Source: Amoebidium appalachense (Eukaryota; Protista; Ichthyosporea). Taken from it: a DNA stretch of 64,000 bases. Below the pieces are notes generated by a model. That model was not told the DNA's origin. It worked only from the letters and a program-made list of their open reading frames with translations, and made no database searches. The position numbers and the translations under genes were made by a program. The stretch is from the NCBI GenBank assembly GCA_963693365.1, contig CAVNZM010000011.1, forward strand, positions 6,405,921 through 6,469,920, in the 5' to 3' direction. Below, piece by piece: positions 1 through 25,334 of this stretch. Every line of letters starts with the position of its first letter. Within the stretch, counting starts at the first letter, position 1.

Positions 1-65
1 GGGAGAGGGAGGGGGAGGGGGGGGGGAGGATGGAAAGCATGGAGATTGTCTTATGGTGTGTGTTC

Positions 66-834
66 GTGTACACCGTGTTAGCAAATAGATGCCCCCACTC
101 TACCCCCCTTCCTTTAACGCAACTATTTGCTAACATGTGTACACCTTGTTAGCAAATAGATGCCCCCACTCTACCCCCCTTCCTTTAACGCAACTATTTG
201 CTAACATGTGTACACCTTGTTAGCAAATAGATGCCCCCACTCTACCCCCCTTCCTTTAACGCAACTATTTGCTAACATGTGTACACCTTGTTAGCAAATA
301 GATGCCCCCACTCTACCCCCCTTCCTTTAACGCAACTATTTGCTAACATGTGTACACCTTGTTAGCAAATAAATGCCCCCACTCTACCCCCCTTCCTTTA
401 ACGCAACTATTTGCTAACATGTGTGCACCTTGTTAGCAAATAGATGCCCCCACTCTACCCCCATTCCTTTAACGCAACTATTTGCTAACATGTGTACACC
501 TTGTTAGCAAATAAATGCCCCCACTCTACCCCCCTTCCTTTAACGCAACTATTTGCTAACATGTGTGCACCTTGTTAGCAAATAGATGCCCCCACTCTAC
601 CCCCCTTCCTTTAACGCAACTATTTGCTAACATGTGTACACCTTGTAAGCAAATAGATGCCCCCACTCTACCCCCCTTCCTTTAACGCAACTATTTGCTA
701 ACATGTGTACACCTTGTTAGCAAATAGATGACCCCACTCTACCCCCCTTCCTTTAACGCAACTATTTGCTAACATGTGTACACCGTGTTAGCAAATAGAT
801 GCCCCCACTCTACCCCCCTTCCTTTAACGCAACT
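66..834. repeat. 71-bp tandem minisatellite (~10.8 units) with internal inverted repeats
   Basis: Units start at 66,137,208,...,776 and are nearly identical. Each contains TGTTAGCAAATAG and its reverse complement CTATTTGCTAACA. Confidence 0.97.
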
Positions 835-955
835 GCTCGCTCTTTCGTCCACAAGTCTTGATAAAGCGCACCCCTCCCCCCTTGCCTCCCCCCCGCTCTC
901 GCCCCCGCTCCACACAGACACACACATGTGTGCGCACACGCACACACACAGACAA

Positions 956-1077
<122 letters not shown>

Positions 1078-1538
1078 ATACAAGCACACGCACACACACG
1101 CACACACACACACGCACACGCACACACGCACGCACACACACACATACACATTCGCACACACGACACACACACACACACACACACTCATTATAAATAACTT
1201 GGCCTTATCATGAGAAAGGGCTCCACTTTCCCATATTGCTTGCGTGGCTTCCTTATAGCATATCTACTTGTGTTTTCCATACTTCGTCATGTATGCCGTA
1301 TCATCCCCCCCCCCCCCCTCCCTCCTCCCCCCCCCCCCCCCCCCCCCCCTCCGGGGCCCTGCCCCGCCACGCCCCGCCCCTCTGACAGAAAGCCGAAAAC
1401 ACACAGATACACAATAGTAACTCCCCCCCCCCCCCCCCCCCCCCCCCCCTTAAACATCCCCTGAAAGAGAGAAGACATGTGGATTCCCTGGATTTGGAAT
1501 CAAAATCTCTAACGAAAACGAATTTATAACCCCCGCAG

Positions 1539-12687
<11,149 letters not shown>

Positions 12688-12817
12688 CGCGAGCCCGGAG
12701 ACGATCATTGAGATGAAAATTTCAAAACAAATCCTCGGATTTTCTCGGTTAACAGGCTATGGTACGCCTTAAGGCTGAAGCCCTCCAAAGAGAAAAAATG
12801 AAACTTTTGAGAAAAGA

Positions 12818-12848
<31 letters not shown>

Positions 12849-13642
12849 AGAATAAAATAAAAGAAAGAAAGAAAAAAAGTTTCCCGACAGCGGATTTGAT
12901 AATTTATCAGATGGATTTAATAGGGGTTTTTTTTATGTATAATGGATTTTATTTAGATCGGGCCATCAGACGGGGCTAAGAATGGATGTATAGTACAGTT
13001 GCCATAGATAGAACGAGATAGTTGCTGAGATAGCTTCACCGGATATCCAAAAACAAAAGGTCTCATCAAGATCTATTTAAATACACAAAAAACAAAAAAT
13101 GCGCCAATCTGACCCCTCTGACGCGACCTGACTCGGCCTGATTTTGTCATTACAACTGACCGACCCGACCCGAATGAGGTCATCCTGGGCCCAGCTTGCA
13201 GCAAACCCCCGCTTTTCCGCCCGGGGGGGGGGGGGGGGGGGGGGGGGGGGAGGGGTCGACGTGTCACACGTGGCACAAACATGGACACACACACACACAC
13301 ACGTCGACTCGCACACATGTATGTACACACACGCGCGCGCGCACACACACACACACACACACGTGCGCGCTACACACATAAAAACACATTAGGAAGCATA
13401 GCGGCGGCTTATTCTCCTGGGCCGGCCGTGTGTACATGATGTGCGCCCAGTACTCAGAACCCTAATTGGGATCATTGCACTTTATTGGCCGCTCCCTTTG
13501 GCCAATCGGAAACACAGCATGTGCCCCATCCATATGCATAATATGTACATAGTAATACAGATGAAATTCACCCTTTAGTAATGTTACCGTCGTTATACGG
13601 TCACAGCGCAAGAACCCCTAACCCTGCAGACAATAGAGGTTG

Positions 13643-13683
<41 letters not shown>

Positions 13684-13726
13684 TCGTCACCACACCTTCG
13701 GCTGAGAACTTTTTCATATTTAATTG

Positions 13727-13763
<37 letters not shown>

Positions 13764-14285
13764 GCGCCCACCCGGCTACGTACGCATGATTCACCTGCAT
13801 GGGCACCTTTTGATCAATCCTGTTCAGCTGGTCCTTTTGAAAAGTTTCATGTTGGCATTCAGTGCTATACACACCTGGTCCAACAGCATGGTCTGACTGC
13901 AACGGTTTGTAACCAGTCCGAGTGGCATGGAAATTTACGCGATAATGGAACAATGGTGTCATGATCACTTGCCATGTAATTACAATGACATACTCATGAT
14001 CAGTAGTGTGATTTAACACCCTCCGAGTCGGGATCCGCGTGGCATGCGCACCATCACATTTTAACCAGTGGCAAACACACGCTGACACTGTGACACACAG
14101 GCACACAGGTGGCAGGCACACACAGCTCAACCACATACACTGTCAGACGTGACACTGTCTGTAGACACGCATACGTACACACACACATACATACACGGCA
14201 CCGGTCACCACACACACACGTCACATACCCCACACACACACGTTACACAGCACCGTGTCATGGACACACACACGTCACATACACT

Positions 14286-14323
<38 letters not shown>

Positions 14324-14327
14324 TGAC

Positions 14328-14394
<67 letters not shown>

Positions 14395-14689
14395 GCCATC
14401 CTGTCTTCTCTCTTTCGAAAATTTCCCTAATTCTCTCTCTGTCCCCTCCCCCCTCCTCCCCCCTCCTAGGCCTCACCTTGAGTATCCTCTCATCATCATG
14501 GTTTGTCTTATCCTCTTTCCATCTGCAGCATCTCATGATCAGTTCTCCGTGCCAGGGCCGCCCTGTTGACATCTGTGAGGGTGGGTGGGTGGGTGTCAGT
14601 GGGGGGAGGGGGGGGGGGGGATTTACATTGTTTGGTACTGGTTCGTGTGCGTCTGCACGTGTGTGTGTGTGTTGGCGGAGGGATGGGCC

Positions 14690-14744
<55 letters not shown>

Positions 14745-14876
14745 CGTAGTTTTGTTTGAAACCGTTTATATATATTGCCAGCATTCTTTTTTCTTCATTT
14801 TCGTCTTTTTTCTTATTTTTTAATGGTAAATTAATCAGCATGCGCAATATCTATGTTGTTTGCATAGCTCTCTCTC

Positions 14877-14996
<120 letters not shown>

Positions 14997-17654
14997 CACC
15001 CCCCCCCCCCCCCCCCCCCCCCCCCTTTCCTCCCACCCTTTTCCTCCCCCCCATCCCTCCGGCCCCTGTTTAAACATACAGACACATGTATGTGCGTGCT
15101 AAAACGGACACACGTAAATGCTTGCACGCGCGGACGCTTAGACATAGGGATCATTGATAATAATATCAGTGACTCATGTGGCTTCCGACGACTAAAACAT
15201 CTATCTCTACTATCAAGCATGGCAAGCAAAACCATAAAAGAGCACCCGAAATAAAGCAGAACAAATGCTCAAACATTATTTATAGGTGCTTTTGGTCTAC
15301 ATACAGGCCTTAAGCATGCGGAACTACAACAGGAAGTGATGTTATAGTGCACGTATAACACCTGGTGCCATTTTCCTGCTGCAAGGCACATTCATGTGAT
15401 GGCTATTATCAATAAAGTACAGGAATACTTCGTAAATAGCCAGTCACCATATAGATTGTAGTTTGATTTCGTGTAGCAATGCTGTAATTTGGATATTTTG
15501 TTTTGAAAGTATCCAGAATGCTGCGACTGTGTTACGCTGTGTACAAGGCGATGTGGACTCGTGTGAGACGGTCAAATTCGTACCCTGGCATCTTTTTCTA
15601 ACCATGATTGGAATTCAGTTCGGGCGACCAATCATGTTCGGGTGCGTTTAAGCCCAATAGAATTCGTTCTAGTTTTATCTTCGGAATGTGGTAATAGATC
15701 TGTGACACACACTGTGTACATCCGGGATGATCCGACGTGGCGAGAGCGGCGTGAGCCAACGTTGTGTTCGTTTCCATACTTCTAAAAGAAACGTTATGAT
15801 TATTATCGTATCAAGCATCGGTGTAAATATTATTTTCTTTCACTAAGATTGGCATGTGTTTTCTGGAGTTTTGGAGGCATATGCATTCATGCAAACATAT
15901 GTTGTGCGTTTGAGTTGAGACATTCAGTTTTTCGATTGACACAATAAATCGCACAGCTTGTTGTTGCAATTGCAGTTGGCGTGTTTTTAGTAACATATGA
16001 GCCTGTATTTTCAATGTTTGACAACTATAAGGGCGTTAATTAAGAGACTAAGTGCGTAAATGTGCACCGAGTTAACGTGGCCTTAGAGGGTAACACACGC
16101 ATTCACAATTGCAGGTGGCATATCTTTCGCGAGAATGAGGGCCGCGCAAACTTTGCGCGTAGTGTTCCAGTGTTGAGTAGTTGATAGAATAGTGTCAAGT
16201 GTCGTTTCTTCTGCGCAGGAAAGTGTTGTGGAGTGGAACCACAACGATAAACATTTCTCTGCTACCACGCGAAGCAGCGATCCACGCTACTATGGGTCTC
16301 TGGTGTGTATATCCCACACACGTAGTTTTGTGATGTGTGGCCCAGAGGTGACACCGTACTGCTAGGGGTGGCAATTCCAGGAGTCATACAAATATGTAAA
16401 ACTACTACTGGTGCCGAGGAGGAAGGCAGTGATGAGGCGCGATAAGAAAGTATGTGGAAGCGTGTAGATAAATAAATATGTGTGCGGGGCCATCATAAGT
16501 GAGTGTGTACCTTGTGCTCCTAACTTATATAATGAATGGACATTGCAGAGTGAAAATATGAGACAGGACGAAGCCTTAATTGGGTATTTATTCAGCTCGT
16601 AGGAAAGGCTTGCCTCGGCAGGTTACATGACACAAAGGTACATGTTAAAGGTTCTGCACGTGGCTGAACAATAATCCATTTATCCTAGGCTGTTCGTTAT
16701 ATAAAGACATGACCTTGTATGAGAGAGTGAATATTGTGTATCACTCTATGCTACAGTAATATTAATGTAGTGTACTATGCTAGAGTCTAGAGTCTACATA
16801 AGGGTTTTCTAAAGAAAATGAGCCAAAGCATTAATAGTTCTAGCTGGTGTAGAATCAAATGAGTGTGTGTGTGTGTAGCAGCATCAGCAGTCAGTCATGT
16901 AGCAGTCGTAGCAGCCTCGGCCTGGGACTTGTCGTAGATGCAACCCTAGCGTCTCCTTGAAGTGTTGAAGGGGCCACTTGATGTAGACGGCACTTGTAGA
17001 TGACTCGGCTGGCGACGGTGCTGGCTGGCGGACTTGTAGACTTGGAAGTGACTGCTTACTTGCTTGCTGGAAGACTGACTCGGTGACTGAGCTCGAGTGC
17101 GCGCTTTTTATACCTTCGAGGGCCAAAAATAGTATTAACCAATAGAAATCAAGTACAGGGTTCGTAATCTAACTATGGTAACTCCAATAATGGTAACATA
17201 ATGCATCTACCAATTAGAAGGACGATGCCAAGAGCATAACTATATATAGTAGGTATTGCGAAATGTTAGGAATTCATGAATCTAACTATATATTATATAC
17301 CTATAAATCTCTCAGGTCATGGCGTCTCTAAATCTCCGGGATCAGGACGACTGTTCAAAATATTTACATGAGACTTGTTTGAGAATAATCTGAACGTTGC
17401 TATTTGCAATCCGAGCACATTGGAATGCTGTTGGATAAATGCAGCCAATCAGAAATAATTAGTTGATGTGGAGCCAATCAGCTCGCAATTTACTATTTTG
17501 GAATTTCTTGGTCCGAGTCTTGGTGAACGAGAGTGAGAAAGAGAGAGAGTCTAACACGTGACCATACTTGTAGCGGGCCATTGCCGTGCATATCTCTACA
17601 TACTTAGTAAATATCTATCTTAAAGACATCCGTCTTTGCGGGGGGGAGGGGGGG

Positions 17655-17689
<35 letters not shown>

Positions 17690-18383
17690 GATTATTTGCT
17701 GTTTGTGGAAGAAACGAAAGATTCGCAGAGATTAGCAGACTGGCTATAATCGGTGTTGTTTAGGAATAGCACTAAGAAAAAAAATTGACCAACTGAATCA
17801 TGGTCTACATACATGGTCTACAGACCCTATGCATCATCAGTTTAATATTGTACTGCATGTATACGGTGATTCATTTTGTAGTGTTTCTCACTAAATAAAT
17901 GTGGATTCTCTGACATGATTCCGGTCCTCGGAGCAACACGCTTTGCATGCGGATCAGATCCTAGCCTCAGCTGTTAGCACCCCCCCCCCCCCACACCACC
18001 ACCACCACCTCCTCCTCCTCCTCCTCCCTCCCCCCCTCCCCCCTCCCCCCTCCCCCCTCCCCCCCCCCCCCCTCCCCCCCCCCCCCCCCCCCCCCCCCCC
18101 GTTATTCCTTTTTAGCTATTAAACCAGCTGGGGGTCACGGGGGAAGGGAGGGCGGGGGGATGATCCACCCCACGCCGGAGCTCGAGGGTGGGGATACATG
18201 TGGTGAACCCCCCGCCCCTCCCCCACCGCCCCGCCCCCCCCCCCCCCTCCTCCCCCCCCCCCCCCCCCCCTCTCCCCCCCCCCCCCCCCCCCCCTCCCTT
18301 CCACCCGTACCCTCCCCCTCGATCCACATACATATTATTGCTACTACCAGTCAAGCGTCCCGAACACACACACACACACACAT

Positions 18384-18488
<105 letters not shown>

Positions 18489-19343
18489 CACTGATGATGT
18501 ACACACACACGCGCGCGCACATGCATGGCCCATTTTGCTTTTATACTTCCCATATATATTCACGTAGGAAACCTGCCCTGTCTGTACATGCTCTAATCTT
18601 TGACCAACTGTCTTTTACTAAGTTTTTAGCCTCAAATGCATACCAACTTTGGTGTTATATGCATGGCAAGTGCAGCAAGAAGAAATCACGTGTCCCCATG
18701 TGCGCGCATGCCTACTTCTAGAAGCGTCGTTCGGAAAGGACGGTTTCTGCGGCTCACTTGAAGTGAGTCACTTGAAATTTTGAAACCCACGTCTCGGTGA
18801 ACATGTACAGTTCTCTAACTAATCTAGCTGAGACACTAGCAACAATCAATCTAACGCGTACGCATGCTTTCTTTCTATATATATTTGTATCGCGTTTCAC
18901 AAAAATTATAATTGAAGTTCCTTCACGGGAGTCCTATGTACCAACAGGCGAAGAGTACGCTTGAACCGAACCTCCGACACACTCTCCGTACCGTTGCCAG
19001 TTCGGATGCGTGCACCCGTGGTCGTGTAAGAAAAGGATTCTGCGATCAAAAGACCACAAAAATTATGAAAATTGCCCTCGCCTATTTATTTTAGGTCCTA
19101 ATATTCTATAACTATTGGTATTAGTTATTAGTTATTTGCATTATCTGGTCAAGATATAAGAAAGGCCACCCCGTCACCTCTGGTCAAAACCAGTGCTCCA
19201 GATCGATGCTCGTCGCACAATCTCACACCCTGGTCCAGGGTTCGAAGTTACGAAAACAAAATCGGAATTTCCGATATTTGAAAACAAAGTTCCGAAAATC
19301 GTCCCGGCCGAATCGGAACGCCCGAGAGCCCCCCCCCCCCCCC

Positions 19344-19377
<34 letters not shown>

Positions 19378-20307
19378 AGGAAGCTTCTCATGACTTCGCA
19401 GGTCTCATCATACACGGGGCTTACACCGCCCACACAAGCTGCACACGTACGTACGTGTCTCCCTGTCCCTGTAGAATGTTCAATGGCAGACCCTGACTAC
19501 AGCGCCAGCCTAGCACATGTACATGTTGTCACACCACACACATTTATGCACACCCACGCGCGCACACACACACACACACGCACACAGACACACACACAAA
19601 CATTCACACACACACAGCCGTGACACCATATATGCATCATAGCCATGCATGGCCACATGAACATACAATGCATATGCCTGCGCATGTATATATAGGCCGG
19701 CCTCCACTTTAAAACTTCCCCCCCCCAGAAATCGAACCCCATTCCCCCCTCCTCCGCTGCCCACCGTTCCCTCCACCAGTGCTGCCCCTCCTTCTCCCCC
19801 ACCGCCGCTCCGGCCTCACCCCCTCCCCCCTCCCCCCCCTCCCCCTCTCAGGAATCCCCCCCCCCCCCCCAACTAGTACCCCCCCCCCCCCCCCCCCCCC
19901 TTCCTCCCCAGGAAGGCCTAGACATGGAATGGATCTAGATGCTCAGAGTCGACGGCCACCAGGTGCAGGTGCCACGTGTATCACGATCAGTGGCACGCGT
20001 CTTAAATGGCAGGCAATACACACACTGTGCACCACTGTGTTCCGTTCAACTTACACACATGCACATACATGCACAGCTGTGACACCACACATGTGACCTA
20101 TGGGTTAGTACACGTGCACAGGCACATACTATCTCAGATCATGCATGATAACTGTATTACAAACGTGCACATGCATCCACCCTGTACAATCACATGCTAT
20201 GCACCCACCCACCCACACAAACACACACACACACACACACACACACTTACATGTACACCGCACACACACACCATGTACACGGCGCACACACACACACCCC
20301 GTGGCAC

Positions 20308-20342
<35 letters not shown>

Positions 20343-20541
20343 CATTGTCAAGAAACCGTTGGTACAAACACACACACCCACACTGGCATGTACACACACA
20401 TACACAGACACACACACCCTGCATACATACACACCACACTGCACACACACACACATACATACACACACAGTGACTGGACATACACACACACACACCATAA
20501 CCGTTGACACAAAACACACACACACATGCACACAATGTCAT

Positions 20542-20587
<46 letters not shown>

Positions 20588-21369
20588 ACATGTGCACACA
20601 TGCACACAACATAGACACACACACACCGATTACCGCTGACACAAATACACACACCCACACCTGTACGCATACACACAGACGCACACACCGTGCATACATA
20701 CCCACCACACACACACACACAATTGCAAAGAAAAATATTCACACACACACAAACACAAACACAACCACCAACGTGATCTTCCCCCCCCCCCCCCCCTTCA
20801 GGGACCCAATCCGAATCGGGGAAGGCACAAATTGCGTAATACGTCTATTCGTAACATGATTCATGATCATGTTCATCTTGCAAATGAAAGAAAATGCGTG
20901 CACTGGGGAAAAATAAGGCCACGGACACAGTGACACACACAGGAACTAGATACATATGCACACATAGTATATATCCTCATATACACTGGCACTGCCGCAC
21001 ATATATGTAGGAGGACGTGACCGTACGTATATACGTAGACAAAATGTATATATATATATATTGTGCATTAATGCACTTCATATTTCACTTTTATTCCTTC
21101 AAAGCTTCAACTGCCAACACCAGAAAGGCCTCTAATAACCACAGGGGTTTTTGAGTATGCATTATAATAACATTTTGATGCATTATAGGCACAAATAAGC
21201 ATGCCCTAGTTTAATGATGCGCGACGATTGCGATTTTTGGTGGACCTGCTTTGACGGAGCATTCCGATTTTCGAAGAGGTTTTCCGAAACGGGATTTCGA
21301 CTTCCGTTAATGGGCTCCTCCGTCCTTCGAACCCTGCCCTGGTCCTTGCGTCAAAGGCGTGGTGCGGGT

Positions 21370-21520
21370 TGAACCAATCACAGTTTAGCTAGGAAAGAAA
21401 ACCAATCAAACCGCGTAAGCCAGGATCGATCAGATTGGCACGTGGTCACGTGGGCACATTTTTTTCGTTCAATAAAGTGCTCTGATTGGCTACTCTTGAT
21501 AGTATATTTTGATTGGGCCG
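21370..21520 (+). promoter_or_regulatory. Probable promoter of the PDZ gene: clustered CCAAT boxes and tandem E-boxes
   Basis: CCAATCA twice, GATTGG three times and CACGTGGTCACGTG within 150 bp, ~400-500 bp upstream of the ATG at 21904. Confidence 0.5.
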
Positions 21521-21903
21521 ATATGAAAACCAAGAGATGGACCAGCATTACCTAAATCAAGCAAGCAGATACATAAAGCGAGAAATTTTGTTTTCTATTT
21601 TGTTTTTATACTTATATGTAGCAGCAGTTTTGCTTTCAACGCTAAAGCTGAGGCGTGGCCACCTTATCCAATCAAAACACATTCTGGTGCTCGCATCGCA
21701 GGTGTATCAACTGACTTTGTAGAATTTTTCAATTCAACGGTTTGAAGTACCTACTTCACCCTTCGTTTAGCAAAACGTTCGTTGACGTTGGTTCGGTTTG
21801 GGAGAGAAACTTGAAACTGCGTTTCTGGTTAAGAACACATGGCTTAACAGCATACTCAATTACTCTTACCTTTCAGAAGGAACTACACTGATCTCTTCTG
21901 AAA

Positions 21904-23615
21904 ATGGGAGGGGACACTAATCGAGGCGCTCGATTCATAAACCACCAACCCACCAAAGCTAGCGAAAATAACAACGGGATATCCCAGTCCGGATACCGCG
22001 AGATCACAGTCAGAAAACAGCCCCATTCACCTTTTGGCATGATGCTTTGCAGTGTTAACAACCATCTTTACGTAGCGCGTGTAGAGATGTACACACCCGA
22101 GTTTCTGTTGTCCCCTGCGTACCGCGCCGGGCTTCATTTCGGGGACCGCATTGACGTCATAAACACAAAAGCGGTAAACGGAAGCTCAGACCTACAGAGC
22201 ATCTATCGAACATTGAAAGGTGCAAATTCAGTTACACTTGAAATCGACGAACGTCCTGCGGCAAGGAAGATATGTACCATTCGCGGTGGGGGAATCCTTT
22301 GGGGTGGAGTTTGCAGATGGGAAGGTGGTTAGTGTAATGCCCGAGTTTCCGGCGGATGAGGCGGGGATAAAAGTGGGTGATGTTGTCGCGCAGATTAACA
22401 ACTACTGCACGTTGGGCATGCCCGACCAGCTGATTTTTAACACCATGGCGAGGGAACAGTCGAACGCGGCGCACAGTGCAAGCTGTGAGGTGACGTTGGT
22501 GTGCATGAAGCCCATGTTTGCAGAGGAACTGATCCTCGGATGCGAGCTGATCATGAGTTCCCTAAACATGAAATTGGTCCCGGCGTACGTTTTTGCAGAC
22601 CAATCCCTAGCGCTCGACAGCCATCTGGAGGAGGAACAGATCGAGAGGGTGTATGTGAAAGGGCACGCTGGTCCCAGGGCGTCACGCGGCGTTCACGTTC
22701 CATCTCAGCCCACCCGGTCTCAATCCATCACACCCGCTCATTCGTTAGCCGGAAACAAGAAGCAAAAGCAGCAACCACCACGTCTCTCGCTAAATGAACG
22801 CGAAAGCGTCGCGAGCCCATCCTCAAGCATGACAACCCCAACCCCCACGTGTGCAGAAACACAGGCGCTAACACTGCCTAACACACCCATACCTCGTGTG
22901 AATGTCCAAACATCACCTACTCCCCGAATCTCCCTGTCTGCGCAAATCGGAGGTTACTTCCAATCTCTCGTGTCCCCCGGTCGTTTTCACCGCAGGCATT
23001 CGAACAATGCACGCCATTCCGTAGATGACGCACTTCACGCACAACGTAGCCCACACACGCCATCTCACGCGCACCGATTACCCCGCATGAGCATGAGCAT
23101 GCTCACGCGCAGTCGCAGTAACCCAGCCAGCCCCCCGAGTAGCATCCCATCCACCCCAACGAACATGACTCCACAAATATCCCGTCAGAACTCCGCACAC
23201 ACCGTCAATCAGGCTAGCCAGCGCAGCCTCGGTAGCTTGGGCGAAAACGAAAACGGGGATGCGCTCGAGCCCATCCCATCTAACCGTGAATTACCGTGCC
23301 CGAAATCGGCATCGAGCGAGAGCGACATGAGCGGCGAATCAGGGCCTGAAAACGACGTGAATAGTGCAACACAAAGAAACACAAAAAAAAAAAAAACAAG
23401 TGCAAGCAAAGTTGACGATATCAGACAGGATCCTGAACGGAATGCGCAATAGTAGACGTGGTGGGGGTGAGTGTGCAAACAGTAGTAGTAGTGCTAGCAG
23501 TAGCGCACGGCCGTCCGTTGAGGGTGAAAGTGTGCCGTCCATGGCGGCAAGTAGTGATAGTGTGGTGAGGAATAAGCAGCCTAGACGGTCATTGCTGTCT
23601 GCTTTTTTCGACTGA
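21904..23615 (+). CDS. Syntenin-like tandem PDZ protein with long Ser/Pro-rich C-terminal extension (apparent frameshifts)
   Basis: ORF 21904-22332 encodes PDZ1 (GYREITVRK..SPAYRAGLHFGDRIDVIN..EIDERPAAR). ORF 22220-23452 encodes PDZ2 (FGVEFADGKVVSV..PADEAGIKVGDVVAQINN). Both are collinear with syntenin PDZ1-PDZ2 and join by +1 at G5 22288-22292. A second +1 at A14 23383-23396 would extend the protein to 23615; otherwise it stops at 23452. Confidence 0.8.
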
Positions 23616-24275
23616 TTTTAATATTTTTTATAGATTTTAAAAGTACATTAACGACCGTACGGTATGATAGATCCTATGATGAGGCATACTTTTTTGGGTA
23701 TAAAAGTATGATTTTGGAGGGTGGCACCCAACAAGTTCGAATGATTTTACGTACAATGATGCCTGGCTTAAGAAGTGGCATGGAGTATAATACACTGTGT
23801 GTCGCGTATTTTCTGTATAGTATTATAGGAGCGGGAGCTTAAATAGTTTGTGGTGAAAACAAATGGGATGGTGCCAGAACTTACATAGATCATTGCTAAA
23901 TTGCCCAGTTGCGTGTAAAGGAAAGGTTTGCATGATTTATCACGTTACTTTCGTTCTCACCTCCCCTCCTGGGCCACTCCTCGCTTCCTCCTTTTTGTTT
24001 TTCATATTGTCCCTGCCTCCCCCCCCCCCCCCCCCCCCCCCCCCCCGCCGCCCCCCCTATTCCGCCCCGGGCCCCTTCCTTTTTGTGCTCATTCCTTTTG
24101 CACCGACCCGGCTCGCCAAAACCACCTCTACCTCTGTATGAACCGTAGTTTCGGCTTTTCCCGCATCATTAGCATGCACCCCACAAGGCTATGAAGCCCC
24201 CCCCCCCCCCCCCCCCCCCCCCCAGGCTCCCCTCCCCCCAACCCCCATTTCTCCAACCTTGAATACACACATACT

Positions 24276-24314
<39 letters not shown>

Positions 24315-24985
24315 TTTCCCCCTGCTCCCCTCCATCTCTCTCCTGTCTTGAGGGCACCTTTTGAGGTGGAGCCCTATAGGAGATGTTTTGGGTGGGGTAA
24401 GTGGATGGGTGGCGGTACATACAGCATGTAACTGTGTGTGTGCTGTGTGTTTGGCCCGGGGGGTTAGGGGGAGGTTTGTGGGGGGGGGGGGGTGGTGTGT
24501 GTGTGTGGGGGGGGGGGGGGGGGGGGGGAGAGGGGGGGGGGGGGGGGGGGAGATCCGGTATACAGCTGGGTGAACAAGGGCCTGCAAGCACCATGACATC
24601 TTGCAATGTACGTCATTAGACCGGCCGTTTTGTGTATACACTATGACGAACATGAGATGTCCATGTGTACTGCACCCAGTGGCCAGAGGGCCGGCAAACT
24701 TTTAAAATTAAAAATTATAACACCACTTTAAAAGTAGGAATATGCGTACGCCGGCATGCAGCCTATGGGAATTTCGAAAAAAGTTTCCAATACATACATA
24801 TTTAGAGCCCACGTATACAGTATGTACAATCCATCATGAGCACATAGTAAACGGTATGCTTCCCTTGTTTTGTTTAATTGAACCGGTCACAATCTATGTG
24901 ACAATTTGCCGAAGTTTTCGTAAGAAGCCCCCCTCCACCCTCCCACCCACCCACCATGTGCACCCACCCACCCCGAGGCTCCTAT

Positions 24986-25066
<81 letters not shown>

Positions 25067-25334
25067 CCCCCCTCCCCCCCCCCCCCCCCCCTCCCGCCCC
25101 TCTCTCGCTCCCCCCGCCCCCCTTCCCCCCCCACCCTCCTTGTGACGCAGGCATACCTTCCAGCCCGCTCCAAAAAAAGAAAGGGTCTCCCCGGGCCGTA
25201 CGTACTATGTACAGATGTACAGATACCGTCCGCCTTCCAGTCAAAATACCTGCCACAGATTAGAATATACTAGTGACCAGGGGAGGGGGGGGGGGGGGGG
25301 TATTTCCAAAATAAACACCACACGTATTTTGATT

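Noticed and set aside
66-834. CRISPR-like array (37-bp palindrome + 34-bp spacer)
   Set aside because: The spacers are identical, no cas genes are present and the context is eukaryotic; it is a tandem satellite.
17264-17556. Solo LTR bounded by TGTTAG...CTAACA
   Set aside because: The flanks (CGAAA versus CGTGA) are not a convincing TSD, and no PBS, PPT or second copy was seen.
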